Below, one piece after another: positions 62,607 to 64,000 of a stretch of 64,000 nt of DNA (positions are counted from its first letter, which is position 1; each line of letters starts with the position of its first letter). Under the pieces are notes generated by a model. It saw nothing but the letters and a program-made list of their open reading frames with translations. It had not been told where the DNA came from and did not search any database. The DNA lies in NCBI GenBank assembly GCA_022226955.1, contig CP092079.1, positions 948,015 to 1,012,014 on the forward strand, written 5' to 3'. This stretch comes from Nitrospira sp. (GTDB lineage Bacteria; Nitrospirota; Nitrospiria; Nitrospirales; Nitrospiraceae). A program made the position numbers and the translations under genes.

Positions 62607-64000
62607 TTACCGGTCAGCCTCCATCAAGGTCGATTCATCTTCCAGCTCTTCAACATCAGACTCGATCTTGCCCTTCGTGGTCGAGGGGTGCAGGCCGTAC
62701 TTCCGCAACATCTTATAAAAATCTGCTCGATACCGGCCGGCAAACTGCGCGGCGCGCGAGATATTTCCGCCGGTCAGTTGAAGCACATTCTTCAGATAGG
62801 TCCGCTCGAATTCTTCTTTCGCCTCTGTCAGAGGCTTCAAGGGCGTATCGGGAGACACTCCGACGGAGGGCAAGAGATCCGGCGTAATCATGTCCTGCCT
62901 GGTCATGACCACGGCTTTCTCAATGGCATTTTCCAGCTCACGCACATTGCCCGGCCAGGGATTCACCATCAAGCGATGCAATCCGGTTGGCGTAAACCCG
63001 CGGACATCCTTATTCGCCCGCTGGTTGCTGATTTTCAGGAAATGTTGGGCAAGCAACGGAATGTCGTCGCGTCGGTCTCGCAGCGGCGGAATGAATAATG
63101 GCACCACGGAGATCCGGTAATAGAGATCGTTTCGGAAGCTGCCGTTCTTGACCGCTTCGCCGAGATCCTTGTTCGTGGCGGCAATGATGCGCACGTCGAT
63201 CTTGGTCGAGAGATCAGAACCGACTTCGCGCACTTCGCGCTCTTGCACCGCGCGCAGCAACTTGACCTGCATTGAGAGCGGCATCTCGCCGATTTCATCG
63301 AGGAAAATCGTCCCGCCGTTGGCGCTTTGAAACAGGCCTTTCTTGGCTCCGTGCGCGCTGGTGAAAGCTCCACGCACATGCCCAAACAACTCGCTCTCGA
63401 ACAGCGTTTCGGGAATAGCCGCGCAGTTGAGCGCAACAAAGGGGCCTTTGCTCCGGCGGCTGTTCGTATGCGCCACCCTTGCCATCACCTCTTTGCCGGT
63501 TCCGGTCTCGCCGAACAGAAGAATGGTCGCATCGGAATCCGCCACTTGGGCGATCTGCTGAAAGAGCCGTTGCATCGCCGGGCTCCGCGCGACGACATTC
63601 TCAAGTCCGTAGAGCTCCTTGACCAGCGACTTGAGCCGTTGAATTTCTTTGCTCATGCGCTGTTGCACCAGCGCCTTTTCAATGGTGGCTTTCAGTTCTT
63701 TATCGTCGAACGGTTTGGTCAGATACCCGAAAGCGCCGCGCTGCATCGCCTCGACCGCATTGGGAATGCTGCCGTGGGCGGTCAGAATAATCACCGGTAA
63801 CTGCGGATGAATCCGCAAGAGCTCTTCCGTCACATCCAATCCATCTTCTCCGTGCAGCCGGAGATCTGTAATCGCGAGGTCGAACATCTTTTTTTTCGCT
63901 TCAGCGACGGCCTCATGCCCGGTTGTGCACGCGGTCACGACAAATCCCCCTGCGGAGAGCCGCATTTTCAACAAATGCAGCAACCCTTCATCGTCATCGA
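62607..64000 (-). CDS. NtrC-family sigma54 response regulator (GlrR/QseF-like), 5' end beyond the window
   Basis: VDDDEG...ITDLRL, GETGTGKE, GAFTSA, GNISRAAQFAG HTH; frame is open to the window edge. Confidence 0.9.
   Translation of the reverse strand, partial: DDDEGLLHLLKMRLSAGGFVVTACTTGHEAVAEAKKKMFDLAITDLRLHGEDGLDVTEELLRIHPQLPVIILTAHGSIPNAVEAMQRGAFGYLTKPFDDKELKATIEKALVQQRMSKEIQRLKSLVKELYGLENVVARSPAMQRLFQQIAQVADSDATILLFGETGTGKEVMARVAHTNSRRSKGPFVALNCAAIPETLFESELFGHVRGAFTSAHGAKKGLFQSANGGTIFLDEIGEMPLSMQVKLLRAVQEREVREVGSDLSTKIDVRIIAATNKDLGEAVKNGSFRNDLYYRISVVPLFIPPLRDRRDDIPLLAQHFLKISNQRANKDVRGFTPTGLHRLMVNPWPGNVRELENAIEKAVVMTRQDMITPDLLPSVGVSPDTPLKPLTEAKEEFERTYLKNVLQLTGGNISRAAQFAGRYRADFYKMLRKYGLHPSTTKGKIESDVEELEDESTLMEADR

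Noticed and set aside
62484-63098. 204-aa plus-strand ORF
   Set aside because: It reads through the tRNA and is antisense to the NtrC-family gene
1-64000. CRISPR array, rRNA or intact prophage/transposase
   Set aside because: No regularly spaced direct repeats, rRNA-like sequence, phage structural genes or intact transposase seen

Overview
GC-rich bacterial chromosome segment. The gene content and protein style (including the monoheme cytochrome c, CBS and DUF1264 genes) suggest Nitrospira/Nitrospirota, which is an inference. (1) 1-7.2 kb: a minus-strand nucleotide-sugar operon encoding a ColD-like PLP 3-dehydratase, an Fcl-like reductase, an epimerase, an HddA-like kinase, an HddC-like nucleotidyltransferase, a split transketolase and a B12-binding radical SAM protein cut by the window edge. 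(2) 7.4-13.7 kb: a c-di-GMP/phosphorelay block (PilZ protein, two divergent HD-GYP proteins, hybrid kinase with HPt) behind back-to-back sigma28-like promoters. (3) 13.7-54.6 kb: a near-complete flagellar supercluster (fliW, csrA, flgLKNMJIHAGF, fliA, flhGFAB, fliRQPONML, flgED, fliK, motE-like, fliJIHGFE, flgCB, fleR/fleS-like, a TPR protein and a fleQ-like activator). It has readable sigma54 and sigma28 promoters and candidate enhancer boxes, but no flagellin, fliD, fliS, motAB or che genes. (4) 54.7-62.5 kb: a mosaic accessory region with an attC-flanked methyltransferase cassette, redox/stress genes, LysR, an IS3 remnant, a decayed small-protein + SMC-like ATPase pair fused to a tyrosine integrase remnant, and tRNA-Thr(TGT). 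(5) A partial NtrC-family regulator at the right edge. The strongest candidates for undescribed biology are a receiver domain fused to FliH, a solitary integron-type cassette with no intI, and a flagellum-linked pathway to a branched or higher-carbon 3-deoxy sugar. Start codons were adjusted by eye from RBS and overlap evidence; no database searches were run.
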